Shown here: in pieces, positions 11,642 through 21,111 of the stretch | Numbering within the stretch: the stretch's first letter is position 1 | How the letters are laid out: each line of letters starts with the position of its first letter | Source of the DNA: Acidimicrobiia bacterium | Lineage (GTDB): Bacteria; Actinomycetota; Acidimicrobiia; Spongiisociales; SHLN01 | Assembly (NCBI GenBank): GCA_041619515.1 | Contig: JBFKDW010000011.1 | Coordinates: 1 to 49,580, forward strand | Reading direction: 5' to 3' | Length of the DNA: 49,580 nucleotides | The notes under the pieces: generated by a model | Seen by the model: only the letters and a program-made list of their open reading frames with translations | What the model was told of the DNA's origin: nothing | Database searches by the model: none | Translations under genes and position numbers: made by a program

Positions 11642-11882
11642 CGAGGTACTCGTTCACATCGAACCCGTCGACCTTCCAGGCGCTCTGGACCACCGCGATC
11701 ACCACGAGCACCGCCGCCATCACGAGCAACACCGCCGTCAGGAGGAATCCGCCCACTGCCACCCAATGGCCGGCGGTCGGCGCCTCGTTGTGCAGGTCAC
11801 CCGGCCACACGATGGCCGAGACCACGCCGCACACGAGGGCGGCCACGAAGACGATCACCGACTGCCGAGCAGAGAAGCTCAC
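11619..11882 (-). CDS. Small hypothetical membrane protein with two TM segments
   Basis: GTGA overlap with the pepP stop; two hydrophobic stretches; lies between co-oriented genes. Confidence 0.65.
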   Translation of the reverse strand: MSFSARQSVIVFVAALVCGVVSAIVWPGDLHNEAPTAGHWVAVGGFLLTAVLLVMAAVLVVIAVVQSAWKVDGFDVNEYLDDVTRDR

Positions 11883-13336
11883 AACTGCGGGAGGGCCGAC
11901 GCTTCAGCACAGACGGCTTCGACCGCAGCCGGGTCGCTGGGCACGCCGGCGGTCAGGTTCCGGTGGCCGTCTTCGGTGATGAGGATGTCATCCTCGATGC
12001 GCACGCCGATGCCGAGGAACTCGGCCGGGATCTCGTGCGAGATCTTGTCGGCGCTCTCCTTGGCTTCGTCGAGCTGCCTGCGAGCGGCCTCGCGGCCGAT
12101 CTCGTGGAACAACTCGCGCTGGGCATCTTCGTCGTAGTCGAGCAGCGCGAACTCCACCACCGGCCGCTTGGGATCTAGGTACACACCGGGCTCGACCGTG
12201 AACGCCATGCCCGGCTGCAACACCATCGGCCGGCGATCGACGCGGTAGCGGCCGGCATCGTGCACGTCGAGACCCAGCCAATGCCCGGTGCCGTGCATGA
12301 AGAACTCGCGCTCGTGGCCCATCCGGAAGGAGTCCTGTGCGCTACGGGGCAGGACACCCAGATCGGCGAGCCCGTCGGCGATCACGGTGCGAGCGGCCGT
12401 GTGCTGGGCGGCGAGGGTTCCACCGGGCCGGCACTCGGTGAAGGCGGCCTGCTGGGCCGCCAGCACGATGTCGTAGATCGCCCGTTGCGGTGCCGTGAAC
12501 GTGCCGTTGACGGGGAAGGTGCGAGTGATGTCGGCGGAGAACTGGCCGTACTCCGCTCCGGCGTCGATGAGCACCAGGTCGCCGTCTTCCATTCGGCGGC
12601 GGTTCTCGATGTAATGCAGGATGCAGGCGTTCGGCCCTGAGCCGACGATGGACGGATAGCCGTCCCGCGGGGAGCCCATCTGGCGAAAAACATACTCGAG
12701 GACCGCTTGCGCCTGATATTCGTACACGCCCGGCCGAGTGAACCGCATCGCTTCCTTGTGCGCTTCCGCCGAGATACGGCATGCTTCGGCGAGCCACTCG
12801 GCCTCGGGCGCGGTCTTGACCAGCCGCATCTCGTGAAGGATTGGAGCCGGGTTCTCGATGACAGACGGGACCGTGACACCGCTGCGAACCCGCTGGTCGC
12901 CGACGTTCTCGAGCAGCTCGACGATGGTTTCGTCCCAGCGCGGGTTGCCGAGGGCGTAGAAGACGCGGGTGCGACCAACGGCGTGCTGGCGCAGCTTGGT
13001 CTTCAGGTCGGCGATCGGGTAGGCGGCGTCGGCCCCGTAGTCGCCGATCGCTCCTTCGACTCCGGCCCGGTACCCGTCCCAGATTTCCCGTTCGCGATCT
13101 TTGGGCCGCACAAACAGCACGTACCGCTCTGTGGGGTGGGAGGGGTTGAACACCGCCACCGCATCCGGTTCCGGAAAGCCGGTCAGGAAGTAGAAGTCCG
13201 AGCTCTGCCGGAACGGGTAGTAGCTGTCGAAATTGCGCAATGTCTCGCGCCCCCCAACGATGACGGCAAGCCCGTCTCCGATCTCCTCGGCAAATCGCTT
13301 GCGCCGCATTTCGAAGGCCGCCGCGTCGTATTCCAT
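11879..13336 (-). CDS. pepP: Xaa-Pro aminopeptidase P
   Basis: FRQSSDFYFLTGF, LHY, LIDAGAE, DITRTFP, HGTGHWLGLDVHD, TVEPG, GVRIEDD. Confidence 0.92.
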   Translation of the reverse strand: MEYDAAAFEMRRKRFAEEIGDGLAVIVGGRETLRNFDSYYPFRQSSDFYFLTGFPEPDAVAVFNPSHPTERYVLFVRPKDREREIWDGYRAGVEGAIGDYGADAAYPIADLKTKLRQHAVGRTRVFYALGNPRWDETIVELLENVGDQRVRSGVTVPSVIENPAPILHEMRLVKTAPEAEWLAEACRISAEAHKEAMRFTRPGVYEYQAQAVLEYVFRQMGSPRDGYPSIVGSGPNACILHYIENRRRMEDGDLVLIDAGAEYGQFSADITRTFPVNGTFTAPQRAIYDIVLAAQQAAFTECRPGGTLAAQHTAARTVIADGLADLGVLPRSAQDSFRMGHEREFFMHGTGHWLGLDVHDAGRYRVDRRPMVLQPGMAFTVEPGVYLDPKRPVVEFALLDYDEDAQRELFHEIGREAARRQLDEAKESADKISHEIPAEFLGIGVRIEDDILITEDGHRNLTAGVPSDPAAVEAVCAEASALPQL

Positions 13337-13414
13337 CGGCGAAGGGTACCCGAACGCGACTTTCCAGCTTCGAAATCGCGGGCACTCTCATGCTGCCGCC
13401 GCTAGCGTTCAATC

Positions 13415-13723
13415 ATGGCCGACAACCCTGAAATCCCCGACAGCACAGAAGGCGTCGGCATCCCGAGCGACTCGACCGCTCCCACGCGCGGGCCCGGCTT
13501 CGCATTCCCCTGGCGGTTGATGAGTGCGCTGGCCGTCTTCGGCATCATCGTGATCTTTGCCCTTCAGAACACCGAATCCGTCGACGTCAACTTCCTCTTC
13601 TGGGACTTCGGGATACCGCTCATCGTCGTCATCACCGCCACGATGGTGCTGTCGGTCGTCTTCGGCGACATGATCGACTGGTGGTGGAAGCGTCGGAAGC
13701 GCAAGCGTCGGGAGGAAGCCTGA
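13415..13723 (+). CDS. LapA (DUF1049) family small membrane protein
   Basis: IFALQNTESVDVNFLFW motif, two TMs, basic tail; TAGCGT -10 lies 6 nt before the ATG. Confidence 0.85.
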   Translation: MADNPEIPDSTEGVGIPSDSTAPTRGPGFAFPWRLMSALAVFGIIVIFALQNTESVDVNFLFWDFGIPLIVVITATMVLSVVFGDMIDWWWKRRKRKRREEA

Positions 13724-13730
13724 CGGCTTC

Positions 13731-14192
13731 GTGCCGGCGCATCCACGCGTGACCTCCCGGCCGTTCGGCGCCGAGCTGTTCGAATTGGTGCGATCACTCG
13801 AGCTGCCTGTCGGGGATTACGCCGTCTTCGGGAGTGGCCCCATGATTGCGCGGGGAATCATCGAGGCAACCAACGACCTCGACCTCATCACCCGCGGGGC
13901 CGCCTGGGATCTCGTTCAGGAGCTCGGCACCATCGGCACCTTCCCAGACGGCAACCGGCGAGTGGACCTTTTCGATGGGCGGATCACGTTCGGAAACAGC
14001 TGGCTGTACGGTTCGTTCGACCTGGACGAGCTCATCGAGACCGCCGAGTGGATCGACGGCCTCCCGTTCGTCCGCATGGAGCATGTCATCGTGTACAAGC
14101 AAGCCGCCGACCGGCCCAAGGACCGTGAGCACCTGCGGAAGCTGGAGGACTGGTCCCAGCCGGGCAGGGAGCGCCGCGCCGGCTCTGCGTGA
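13731..14192 (+). CDS. Hypothetical protein with minimal nucleotidyltransferase-like motifs
   Basis: YAVFGSG...ATNDLDL (GS + DxD), later VDLF, and C-terminal K...DRPKD. Confidence 0.6.
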   Translation: MPAHPRVTSRPFGAELFELVRSLELPVGDYAVFGSGPMIARGIIEATNDLDLITRGAAWDLVQELGTIGTFPDGNRRVDLFDGRITFGNSWLYGSFDLDELIETAEWIDGLPFVRMEHVIVYKQAADRPKDREHLRKLEDWSQPGRERRAGSA

Positions 14193-14324
14193 GCCACCGT
14201 GCGGGCATCGCCCGCCGGCTCGGCCCGGATCCCGAACGAAGCCGCCGCCCCGACCGACGTCCACCCGCATGCCGACCGGGCGACCCTCGCTAGAGTCGCC
14301 CCAGGCAACTGGTTGAGGAGCACC

Positions 14325-14678
14325 ATGCAGCAAGATCTCCGGGCCATCGAACGGGTCATAGTGCGCCAGCTGGAGCGGGGGGCCCCGGTCTCGGCCATCG
14401 CCATGTCGCTCCGAAAGAAGCCGGGAACGGTCCGGCGCATTGCCGCCATCGTCGACCTCGTCGAGGAGCTCGAGCTGGAGCGCGACCATTCCCGATCAAC
14501 CGACGCCAATGGTCTCCGCCCGATCGAGCGGTGCATCCTTCGGTTGCGGGCGGAAGGGCAGAGCGTCGGAGAAGTCGCCTCGCGGTTGCGTCGAAGCGGT
14601 GGATACGTGCAGCGGGTCGAGGCGTATACCCGCCTCAAGCAGGCCGGCGCAAGCTCGCCCGCCGCCGAGCATCCCTAG
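14325..14678 (+). CDS. Hypothetical protein with two tandem HTH-like repeats
   Basis: GAGGAG SD before ATG 14325. Repeats LRAIERVIVRQLERGAPVSAIAMSLRKKPGTVRRI and LRPIERCILRLRAEGQSVGEVASRLRRSGGYVQRV. Confidence 0.7.
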   Translation: MQQDLRAIERVIVRQLERGAPVSAIAMSLRKKPGTVRRIAAIVDLVEELELERDHSRSTDANGLRPIERCILRLRAEGQSVGEVASRLRRSGGYVQRVEAYTRLKQAGASSPAAEHP

Positions 14679-14709
14679 CCGCCGGCCCGTCTCACTCCCC
14701 CGGACGGCG

Positions 14710-16038
14710 TCATGCGACGCCCAGCAGCTCCTGGCAGATCGATCGCAGCCGATCAGCTTCTTCGGCAACCGGGGCACGGGCCGCAGCCGCCTCCTCGACG
14801 CTCGGTACATCTTCGCTGGCGAGCAGCGGATGAGCGGCTGCCAGTTGCTTCGGGGTCGCCCCTTGGAGGGAGCCACCCGCCAGGCTCTTGACGAGCCGCC
14901 CAACGGCTTCGTGGGCGTCCCGGAAGGCAACGCCCTTGAGCACGAGTGCCTCTGCCACGTCGAGCGCCACCGTCCGATCGTCGGGCTGGGGCGGGTGGAA
15001 CTCGGCGGTTGCGAGCAGACCCCCGAGGGCGGGGAGGGCGGCGGCCAGGGTGTCGTCGGCGTGGAACACGGCTCGCTTGTCCTCTTGCAGGTCCCGGTTG
15101 TAAGCAAGCGGCGTTCCCTTCTGAATGCCCAGCAGCGTGGCGAGGTCGGCGGCAACTGCGGCTGCCTTCCCTCGGACGAGCTCTGCGATATCGGGATTCT
15201 TCTTGTGGGGCAGCGCCGAGGACCCTGTGGCATAGGCATCGTCGAGTGTGAGCCAACCAAACTCCTGGCTGGTCCACAATACGACTTCCTCGGCCAGGCG
15301 TGATAGATGGGTCATGGCCTGGGCACAGCAAAATGCGTACTCGGCAACCAGGTCACGCGACCCCACCGCGTCGAGGCTGTTGGCGAACACGCCATCGAAT
15401 CCCAGGGTGGTGGCCGTGATCGAGGGGTCGAGGGGCAGGCTGCTCCCGGCCGCGGCGCCCGCTCCCAGCGGGGAGACATTCAGCCGCCGCGCCACCGCCG
15501 CGAACCGTTCGGCATCGCGCACGGCCATCCATCCGTAGGCCAGGAGGTGGCGGCCGAGTGGGATCGGCTGGGCCTGCTGCAGGTGGGTGTAGGCGGCGAC
15601 GACCGACCCGCCGGCATCGTCGCTCCGATCGGCCATGAGAGAGGCAAAGGCCGCCAGGTCGTCGACCCGCTCCAGGGCGGCCCGGCGCAGATACATCCGA
15701 ATGTCGAGGGCTACCTGGTCGTTGCGGGAGCGACCTGTGTGGAGCTTCCCGGCGACCGGCCCGATCAACTCGTACAACCGCCGCTCGACGGCGCTGTGAA
15801 CGTCCTCGTCGGCCTCCGTGAACTCGAAGCCCCCGCCGACTGCCTCTGCCCGGATCTCCTCGAGCCCGGCAACGATCGCATCGACGTCCGTTGGGGCGAG
15901 GAGGCCGACCTCCCCCAGCATGGCTACGTGGGCGAGCGATCCGGCGATGTCGTCGGGCAGCAGGCGCCGGTCCGAGTGGTCGACGGTGAAGCGCCACAGC
16001 GCCTCGGACGGAGGGTCAGAGAACCGGCCGCCCCACAT
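14710..16038 (-). CDS. argH: Argininosuccinate lyase
   Basis: WGGRF, EDVHSAVE, HTGRSRNDQ, YTHLQQAQP, TGSSALPHKKNPD, YNRDLQEDK; TGATG overlap with argG. Confidence 0.96.
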   Translation of the reverse strand: MWGGRFSDPPSEALWRFTVDHSDRRLLPDDIAGSLAHVAMLGEVGLLAPTDVDAIVAGLEEIRAEAVGGGFEFTEADEDVHSAVERRLYELIGPVAGKLHTGRSRNDQVALDIRMYLRRAALERVDDLAAFASLMADRSDDAGGSVVAAYTHLQQAQPIPLGRHLLAYGWMAVRDAERFAAVARRLNVSPLGAGAAAGSSLPLDPSITATTLGFDGVFANSLDAVGSRDLVAEYAFCCAQAMTHLSRLAEEVVLWTSQEFGWLTLDDAYATGSSALPHKKNPDIAELVRGKAAAVAADLATLLGIQKGTPLAYNRDLQEDKRAVFHADDTLAAALPALGGLLATAEFHPPQPDDRTVALDVAEALVLKGVAFRDAHEAVGRLVKSLAGGSLQGATPKQLAAAHPLLASEDVPSVEEAAAARAPVAEEADRLRSICQELLGVA

Positions 16039-17228
16039 CAGGCGTCGCGGTGGGCCCGGGCCTTGAGGCGCAAGGCGTGCAGCCGGATGAAGGCTCCGGC
16101 GTCGGCCTGGTCGTACACGTCGTCGGCCTCGAACGTGGCGTACTCCTCGCTGTACAGGGAGCGATCGGATTTACGGCCCTCGACAACGACATTGCCCTTG
16201 TAGAGGCGAATTCGGGCTGTGCCGCTCACGTCGGCCTGGACATGGTCCATCAACTCCTGGAGCAGCTCCCGCTCGGGGGCGTACCAGAACCCGTTGTACA
16301 CCGCCGCCGCGTACCGGGGGATGAGCCCGTCGCGGAGGCGGAGCACCTCTCGATCGAGGGTGAGTGACTCGATGGCACGGTGCGCCCAATGAAGGATGGT
16401 GCCTCCCGGAGTTTCGTAGACGCCGCGATTCTTCATGCCGATGAAGCGGTTCTCGACGAGGTCGACGCGACCTACCCCGTGCCGGCCGCCGATTTCGTTG
16501 AGGGTGGTGAGCAGCTCGGTGGGGCCGAGCCGCTGGCCGTTGACCTCGACCGGATTGCCGTTGTCGTAGGTCACCTCGACAATCTCGGGCTCATCGGGAG
16601 CCTCCTCCGGGTCGGTCGTCATGATGAACATGCCCTCGGGCGGCGACACCCACGGATCCTCCAGCACTCCGCCTTCGAAGCTGACGTGGAGGAGGTTGGC
16701 ATCGGTGGAATACGGCTTCTCCGGAGTGGTAGGAACCTCGATGCCGTGCTCGCGGGCATAGGCCTCCAGATCGGCCCGTCCCTTCATGTCCCACTCCCGC
16801 CACGGTGCGACAACCTTGATAGTGGGGTTGAGCGCCATCGCGTTGAGCTCGAATCGGACCTGGTCGTTGCCTTTGCCGGTGGCTCCATGGCTGATGGCGT
16901 CCGCTCCGGTCTTGGCGGCCGCTTCCACGAGACCCTTGGCGATGACCGGCCGGGCGAGCGACGTTCCGAGCAGGTAGTAACCCTCGTACACGGCATTGGC
17001 CCGCAAGGCCGGGAAGACGAAATCCGATACGAACTCGTCGACCAGCTCACCCACCAGCGCCTCGGAGGCGCCCGTGGCGAGCGCCTTGAGCCGTGCCTCC
17101 TCCACCTCCTCGCCCTGGCCGACGTCGGCGGTGTATGTCACCACCTCGAGACCGCGATCTTCAATGAGCCAGCGCAGGATGACGGAGGTGTCGAGACCTC
17201 CCGAGTATGCAAGGACCACTTTTTTCAT
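16038..17228 (-). CDS. argG: Argininosuccinate synthase
   Basis: [41 protein letters not shown]. Confidence 0.97.
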   Translation of the reverse strand: MKKVVLAYSGGLDTSVILRWLIEDRGLEVVTYTADVGQGEEVEEARLKALATGASEALVGELVDEFVSDFVFPALRANAVYEGYYLLGTSLARPVIAKGLVEAAAKTGADAISHGATGKGNDQVRFELNAMALNPTIKVVAPWREWDMKGRADLEAYAREHGIEVPTTPEKPYSTDANLLHVSFEGGVLEDPWVSPPEGMFIMTTDPEEAPDEPEIVEVTYDNGNPVEVNGQRLGPTELLTTLNEIGGRHGVGRVDLVENRFIGMKNRGVYETPGGTILHWAHRAIESLTLDREVLRLRDGLIPRYAAAVYNGFWYAPERELLQELMDHVQADVSGTARIRLYKGNVVVEGRKSDRSLYSEEYATFEADDVYDQADAGAFIRLHALRLKARAHRDA

Positions 17229-17276
17229 GACGCTCCAGTCTGGCAGGTTCCGGCTCTCAGGTATCGGGGAGTCGGC

Positions 17277-18671
17277 TCACAGCACACCGTCTGCCGCCCA
17301 CTCGTCGAGCAGCTGGTAGGCCTCCTCAGCTGAGTAGGGGCCTTCGTCGAGCCGATGCTCCAGCAGCAGATCCATGGCGGCACCCACCTTCGGGCCCGGC
17401 TTGATCCCGAGATGACGCATCACATCATGGCCGTCTATGGGGGCGCGCATGCGGTCGAGCTCCTCCTGCTGACGGAGTTGGTCGATGCGGGCCTCGAGTT
17501 CGTCGATGCGGCGCTGAATCGCCCGTTCCAGCTTCTCGTTGCGGGTGGTGACGTCGCAGCGAACCAGCAGGTTGAGATCGTCGAGGCGAGCACCGGCGTC
17601 GCGCACATACCGTCGCACCGCCCGGTCCGTCCAGCCGTCCTTGAATGTGTGCGGGCGCATGTGCAGATAGACGAGCTGGCTGACGTCGTGAATCACCTGC
17701 TTGGGGAATTGGAGCGAACGGAGCCGGCGGCGGGTCAGCCGGGCCCCGACGACCTCGTGATGGTGGAAGCTCACCTGTCCCCCGGGGCCAAACTGGCGGG
17801 TCTCGGGCTTGCCGACATCGTGGAACAGTGCGGCCAGCCGGATCTCGAGGCGCGGAGGTGTCTTGTCGACAACGGCCAGGGTGTGGGCGAGCACGTCCTT
17901 GTGCTTGTGGTGTGGATCCTGCTGCAACGCCAGCGCCGGGATCTCGGGGATGAAATGGGCGGCAAGGCCCGACTCGACCAGCCCCTGCAATGCCTCGGAC
18001 GGAGCCGGCGCCAGCAGCAGCTTGGCGAGCTCGTCCCGGATGCGTTCGCCGCTCACGATCTCGAGGCGGCCGGCCATCTCCTCGGCGGCCCGGGCGGCGG
18101 TCGGGTGGATGGCGAACCCGAGGGTGGCCTTGAATCGATACAGGCGCAACATCCGCAAGGGGTCGTCGCCGAAGGAGATCTCGGGCTCCCGCGGGGTGCG
18201 CAACACCATTGCTCCCAGGTCGGCGAGGCCTCCCCAGGGGTCGACCAGCTCGGGCTCGCCGCCGCCGGGCACCAGGCGCAGGGCCATGGCGTTGACGGCG
18301 AAGTCCCGGCGCGACAGATCGGTCTCGATGCTGTCGGAGAACTCGACGACCGGCTGCCGGCTGTCCTCCCGGTAGACCTCGCTGCGAAAGGTCGTGATCT
18401 CGAAGATGTGTCCCGCCTTGACGGCGCTGACGGTTCCAAACAACTCGCCGGCCGTGAACACGGTTTGGGCCCACGGGCCGACGATCTGTTTCACGGCCTC
18501 GGGTCGCGCGTCTGTGGCGAAGTCGAAATCGTCGTGTGCCCGGTCGAGAATGGCGTCGCGGACGCTTCCGCCGACCAGATACAGCTCGTGACCGGCCTCT
18601 TCGAACAGCCCGGCCAGCTGCATGGCATGGGATCCCTCGTCAAATAGCCTCTGAACTCGGTCGGGAAGCAT
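17277..18671 (-). CDS. cca: CCA tRNA nucleotidyltransferase with HD domain
   Basis: LVGGSVRD, DFDFATD, RRDFAVNA, DDPLRMLR, SGERIRDEL, LFHDVGKP. ATG 18671 lies 6 nt after a TATGCT -10. Confidence 0.92.
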   Translation of the reverse strand: MLPDRVQRLFDEGSHAMQLAGLFEEAGHELYLVGGSVRDAILDRAHDDFDFATDARPEAVKQIVGPWAQTVFTAGELFGTVSAVKAGHIFEITTFRSEVYREDSRQPVVEFSDSIETDLSRRDFAVNAMALRLVPGGGEPELVDPWGGLADLGAMVLRTPREPEISFGDDPLRMLRLYRFKATLGFAIHPTAARAAEEMAGRLEIVSGERIRDELAKLLLAPAPSEALQGLVESGLAAHFIPEIPALALQQDPHHKHKDVLAHTLAVVDKTPPRLEIRLAALFHDVGKPETRQFGPGGQVSFHHHEVVGARLTRRRLRSLQFPKQVIHDVSQLVYLHMRPHTFKDGWTDRAVRRYVRDAGARLDDLNLLVRCDVTTRNEKLERAIQRRIDELEARIDQLRQQEELDRMRAPIDGHDVMRHLGIKPGPKVGAAMDLLLEHRLDEGPYSAEEAYQLLDEWAADGVL

Positions 18672-18739
18672 CACCAGAGCATAGGAAGCCGGGCAAAAGG
18701 CCTCAGCTCAAACCGCGATCGCCAACGGAGGGGGTGTCC

Positions 18740-19828
18740 TCAGGCAGTCGCCCGGTCCGAAAGTCCCTCCGCCTGGAGCCGTATCTTGAAATCCGACGGG
18801 CTGGTGGCGTTGGCGATCGCCTCGTCATAGCTGATCTCACCGCGGCGCAGCAGCTCCATGATCGATTGATCAAACGTCTGCATGCCGTAGAAGTCGCCCT
18901 CCTGGATGACCTCTCGAATCTCGACCGTCTTGTCCTCGTCCACCATGCGCTCATACACCCGCGGGGTCATCGTCAGGACCTCGACGGCCGGGATGCGCCC
19001 CACTGAATCGGCTTTTCGGACCAGGCGCTGGCTGAGGATGCCTTGCAGGCTTCCGGCCAGGCCGAGACGGACCGCCTTGTGCTGATACGGCGGGAAGAAG
19101 TCGAGGATGCGATTGACCGTTTCGGCGGCGTCGATCGTGTGGAGAGACGAGATCACCAGATGGCCGGTCTCAGCGGCCTGCAAGGCGGCATCGACGGTCT
19201 CGCGGTCCCGCATCTCGCCGATGAGGACAACGTCGGGGTCTTGCCTGAGGATCCGGCGCAGCGCCTGGCCGAAGTCGGATGTGTCAACGCCGATCTCCCG
19301 CTGCGAGACGATGGCCATCTTGTCGGGATGAAGCACCTCGATGGGATCTTCGATCGTAATGATGTTCACGCGGCGAGTGCTGTTGATGAAGTCGATGATC
19401 GATGCCATGGTCGTGGTCTTCCCCGAGCCGGTTGGGCCCGTCACGAGGATCAGCCCGTGACGCTTCTGCGCCAGGTTCTTGAGGACCGGCGGTAGCCCCA
19501 GCTCGTCGAAGCTCTTCGAGGCCGGGGTGACCGCTCGCAGGACGAGGCTCACCGATGTGCGCTGGCGATACACGTTGACCCGAAAGCGCCCGAGGTTCGG
19601 TTTCCCGTAGGCAAAGTCGGCTTCGTGGTCCTCGCGGAAGCTGGCCACCGCCCGCGGGGGCATGATGCCCTGGGCATAGGACTCGACGTCGGATGAAGTC
19701 AGCGGAGGCAGGTCCACCGGTTGCAGGCTGCCGTCGATGCGAATAATCGGTGGCGAGCCCACTTTCAGGTGCAGGTCCGAGCCGCGGACCTCCTGCATTT
19801 TCGAGAGAAGATCGTCTAGAGATGGCAC
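18740..19828 (-). CDS. pilT: PilT/PilU family type IV pilus retraction ATPase
   Basis: SDLHLKVG, GRFRVNVY, GPTGSGKTTT, TIEDPIE, LRQDPDVVLIGEMRD, AAETGHLV.SSLHT, GMQTFDQ. GTG 19828 with AGGAG SD. Confidence 0.88.
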   Translation of the reverse strand: MPSLDDLLSKMQEVRGSDLHLKVGSPPIIRIDGSLQPVDLPPLTSSDVESYAQGIMPPRAVASFREDHEADFAYGKPNLGRFRVNVYRQRTSVSLVLRAVTPASKSFDELGLPPVLKNLAQKRHGLILVTGPTGSGKTTTMASIIDFINSTRRVNIITIEDPIEVLHPDKMAIVSQREIGVDTSDFGQALRRILRQDPDVVLIGEMRDRETVDAALQAAETGHLVISSLHTIDAAETVNRILDFFPPYQHKAVRLGLAGSLQGILSQRLVRKADSVGRIPAVEVLTMTPRVYERMVDEDKTVEIREVIQEGDFYGMQTFDQSIMELLRRGEISYDEAIANATSPSDFKIRLQAEGLSDRATA

Positions 19829-19857
19829 GTCAGACTCCTGGCTCCGGTATCCACGGT

Positions 19858-19885
19858 GTATCGGAGTGTGAGCGACGGACCTTGA
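19858..19885 (-). promoter_or_regulatory. Candidate sigma-28 (FliA/WhiG)-type promoter of pilT
   Basis: Minus strand TCAAG-N15-TCCGATAC compared with consensus TAAA-N15-GCCGATAA. Confidence 0.45.
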
Positions 19886-19918
19886 TAGCAACACAAGCCC
19901 CCGCAAATGGGGCATGCC

Positions 19919-20923
19919 CTAAGTCAACTCGGTCCGCACCGCCTCCAGGGCGCGCTCGAGAAACTCCCAGGCCGAGGGCGGTGACGAGATCGGCTCGCCC
20001 ACCGGCGCCCGGCCGGCCACTCCCTCCAGGGTGGCGGCGATGGATCGCTGGAGGGCGCCGAGATCGTATCCGCCTTCCAGGAACATGATCAGCCGTCCGG
20101 GCGCAACCAGGGCCGAGGAGGCGGCTCCCAGCATGCCGTAATCGGGTTCCAACAGCCGCAGTTGCGCCAGCGGGTCATCCTCGTGGGCGTCGTACCCGGC
20201 GCTCACCAGTAACCAGTCGGGGGCGAACTGTGAGATGATCGTCCCCAGCTCGGCCATCGCCGCGCGGTAGACATCGCCGCCCGTCCCGGCCGGGAGTGGC
20301 ACGTTGACCGTCGTCCCCCGCGCCCGGCCCTCGCCCAGCTCGTCGAACCATCCGCTTCCCGGGTAGGCCGGGAACTGATGGAGCGACACGTACTGGAGCC
20401 GGGGCTCGTCGTAGAACATTGCTTGGGTGCCATTGCCGTGGTGGACATCCCAATCGAGCACGGTGACGCGCCCGCCGGCGTCGAGCAGGGCCGCCGCCGC
20501 CACGGCGATGTTGTTGAACAGGCAGAACCCCATCGCCCGGCTTGCCAGCGCGTGGTGGCCGGGTGGGCGCACGACCAGAAATGCCGCCTCCGCCTGCCCG
20601 TCCTCGAGGCGTCGGATCGCCTCGACCCCGGCTCCAGCTGCCTTCAGCGCCGCACCCCAGGAGTCTGGGACCGCGCCGGTGTCGGGATCGAGCTTTCCGC
20701 CCCCAGCCTTGCAGAAGCCCTCGATGGCAGTGATGTAGGCCGGAGAATGCACCCGCTCGAGGGCGACGCGCGCTACCGGCGGCGAATCGGCCTCGATGAG
20801 GTCGACTCCGTCCACCGACCGGACCCCCGCCGTGCCGGCGCTGAGCCGCTCGGGTCGTTCGGGATGGCCGGCGCCGTTGGAATGCCGTTCGAACGCCGCG
20901 TCGGTGAGATGGAGCAGCCGCAT
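19919..20923 (-). CDS. Zn-dependent histone deacetylase family protein (AcuC/AphA-like)
   Basis: HPERPERL, RPPGHHA, GFCLFNN, DWDVHHGNGTQ, SAGYDAH.DDPL, LEGGY. Confidence 0.95.
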   Translation of the reverse strand: MRLLHLTDAAFERHSNGAGHPERPERLSAGTAGVRSVDGVDLIEADSPPVARVALERVHSPAYITAIEGFCKAGGGKLDPDTGAVPDSWGAALKAAGAGVEAIRRLEDGQAEAAFLVVRPPGHHALASRAMGFCLFNNIAVAAAALLDAGGRVTVLDWDVHHGNGTQAMFYDEPRLQYVSLHQFPAYPGSGWFDELGEGRARGTTVNVPLPAGTGGDVYRAAMAELGTIISQFAPDWLLVSAGYDAHEDDPLAQLRLLEPDYGMLGAASSALVAPGRLIMFLEGGYDLGALQRSIAATLEGVAGRAPVGEPISSPPSAWEFLERALEAVRTELT

Positions 20924-20961
20924 GACCGCTACTCTGCCACGACCACTGGAGGCTGTGTGTG

Positions 20962-21111
20962 ATGCGACGGCGAATCACTACGAGGGGGACGGCCGTCGCC
21001 GACGTCAACGATCCCGGCGAGGCCGTCGAACCGGACACCTGTGCGTTGGGACGGCAAGGGCTTCCGGACCTGCATCCAGCGGTCCCAGGCCGGGCTCGGG
21101 GTGTGCCCTGA
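20962..21111 (+). CDS. Candidate 49-aa leader ORF, coupled to NUDIX and overlapping a structured leader
   Basis: TACTCT -10 at 20930-20935, GGAGG at 20948-20952, ATG 20962, MRRRITTRGTAVADVNDPGEAVEPDTCALGRQGLPDLHPAVPGRARGVP; stop overlaps the NUDIX ATG (TGATG). Confidence 0.5.
   Translation: MRRRITTRGTAVADVNDPGEAVEPDTCALGRQGLPDLHPAVPGRARGVP

Noticed and set aside
20982..21027. Partial resemblance to the yybP-ykoY riboswitch (GGGGA...CGTCAA...GGCGAG)
   Set aside because: It lacks GGGGAGUA and the four-way junction spacing, and no Mn-related gene follows. Kept only as an unknown structured leader.
21052..21075. Minus-strand CAGGTCCGGAAG resembling the SRP RNA domain IV
   Set aside because: The following GAAGCAGC half of the SRP motif is absent.
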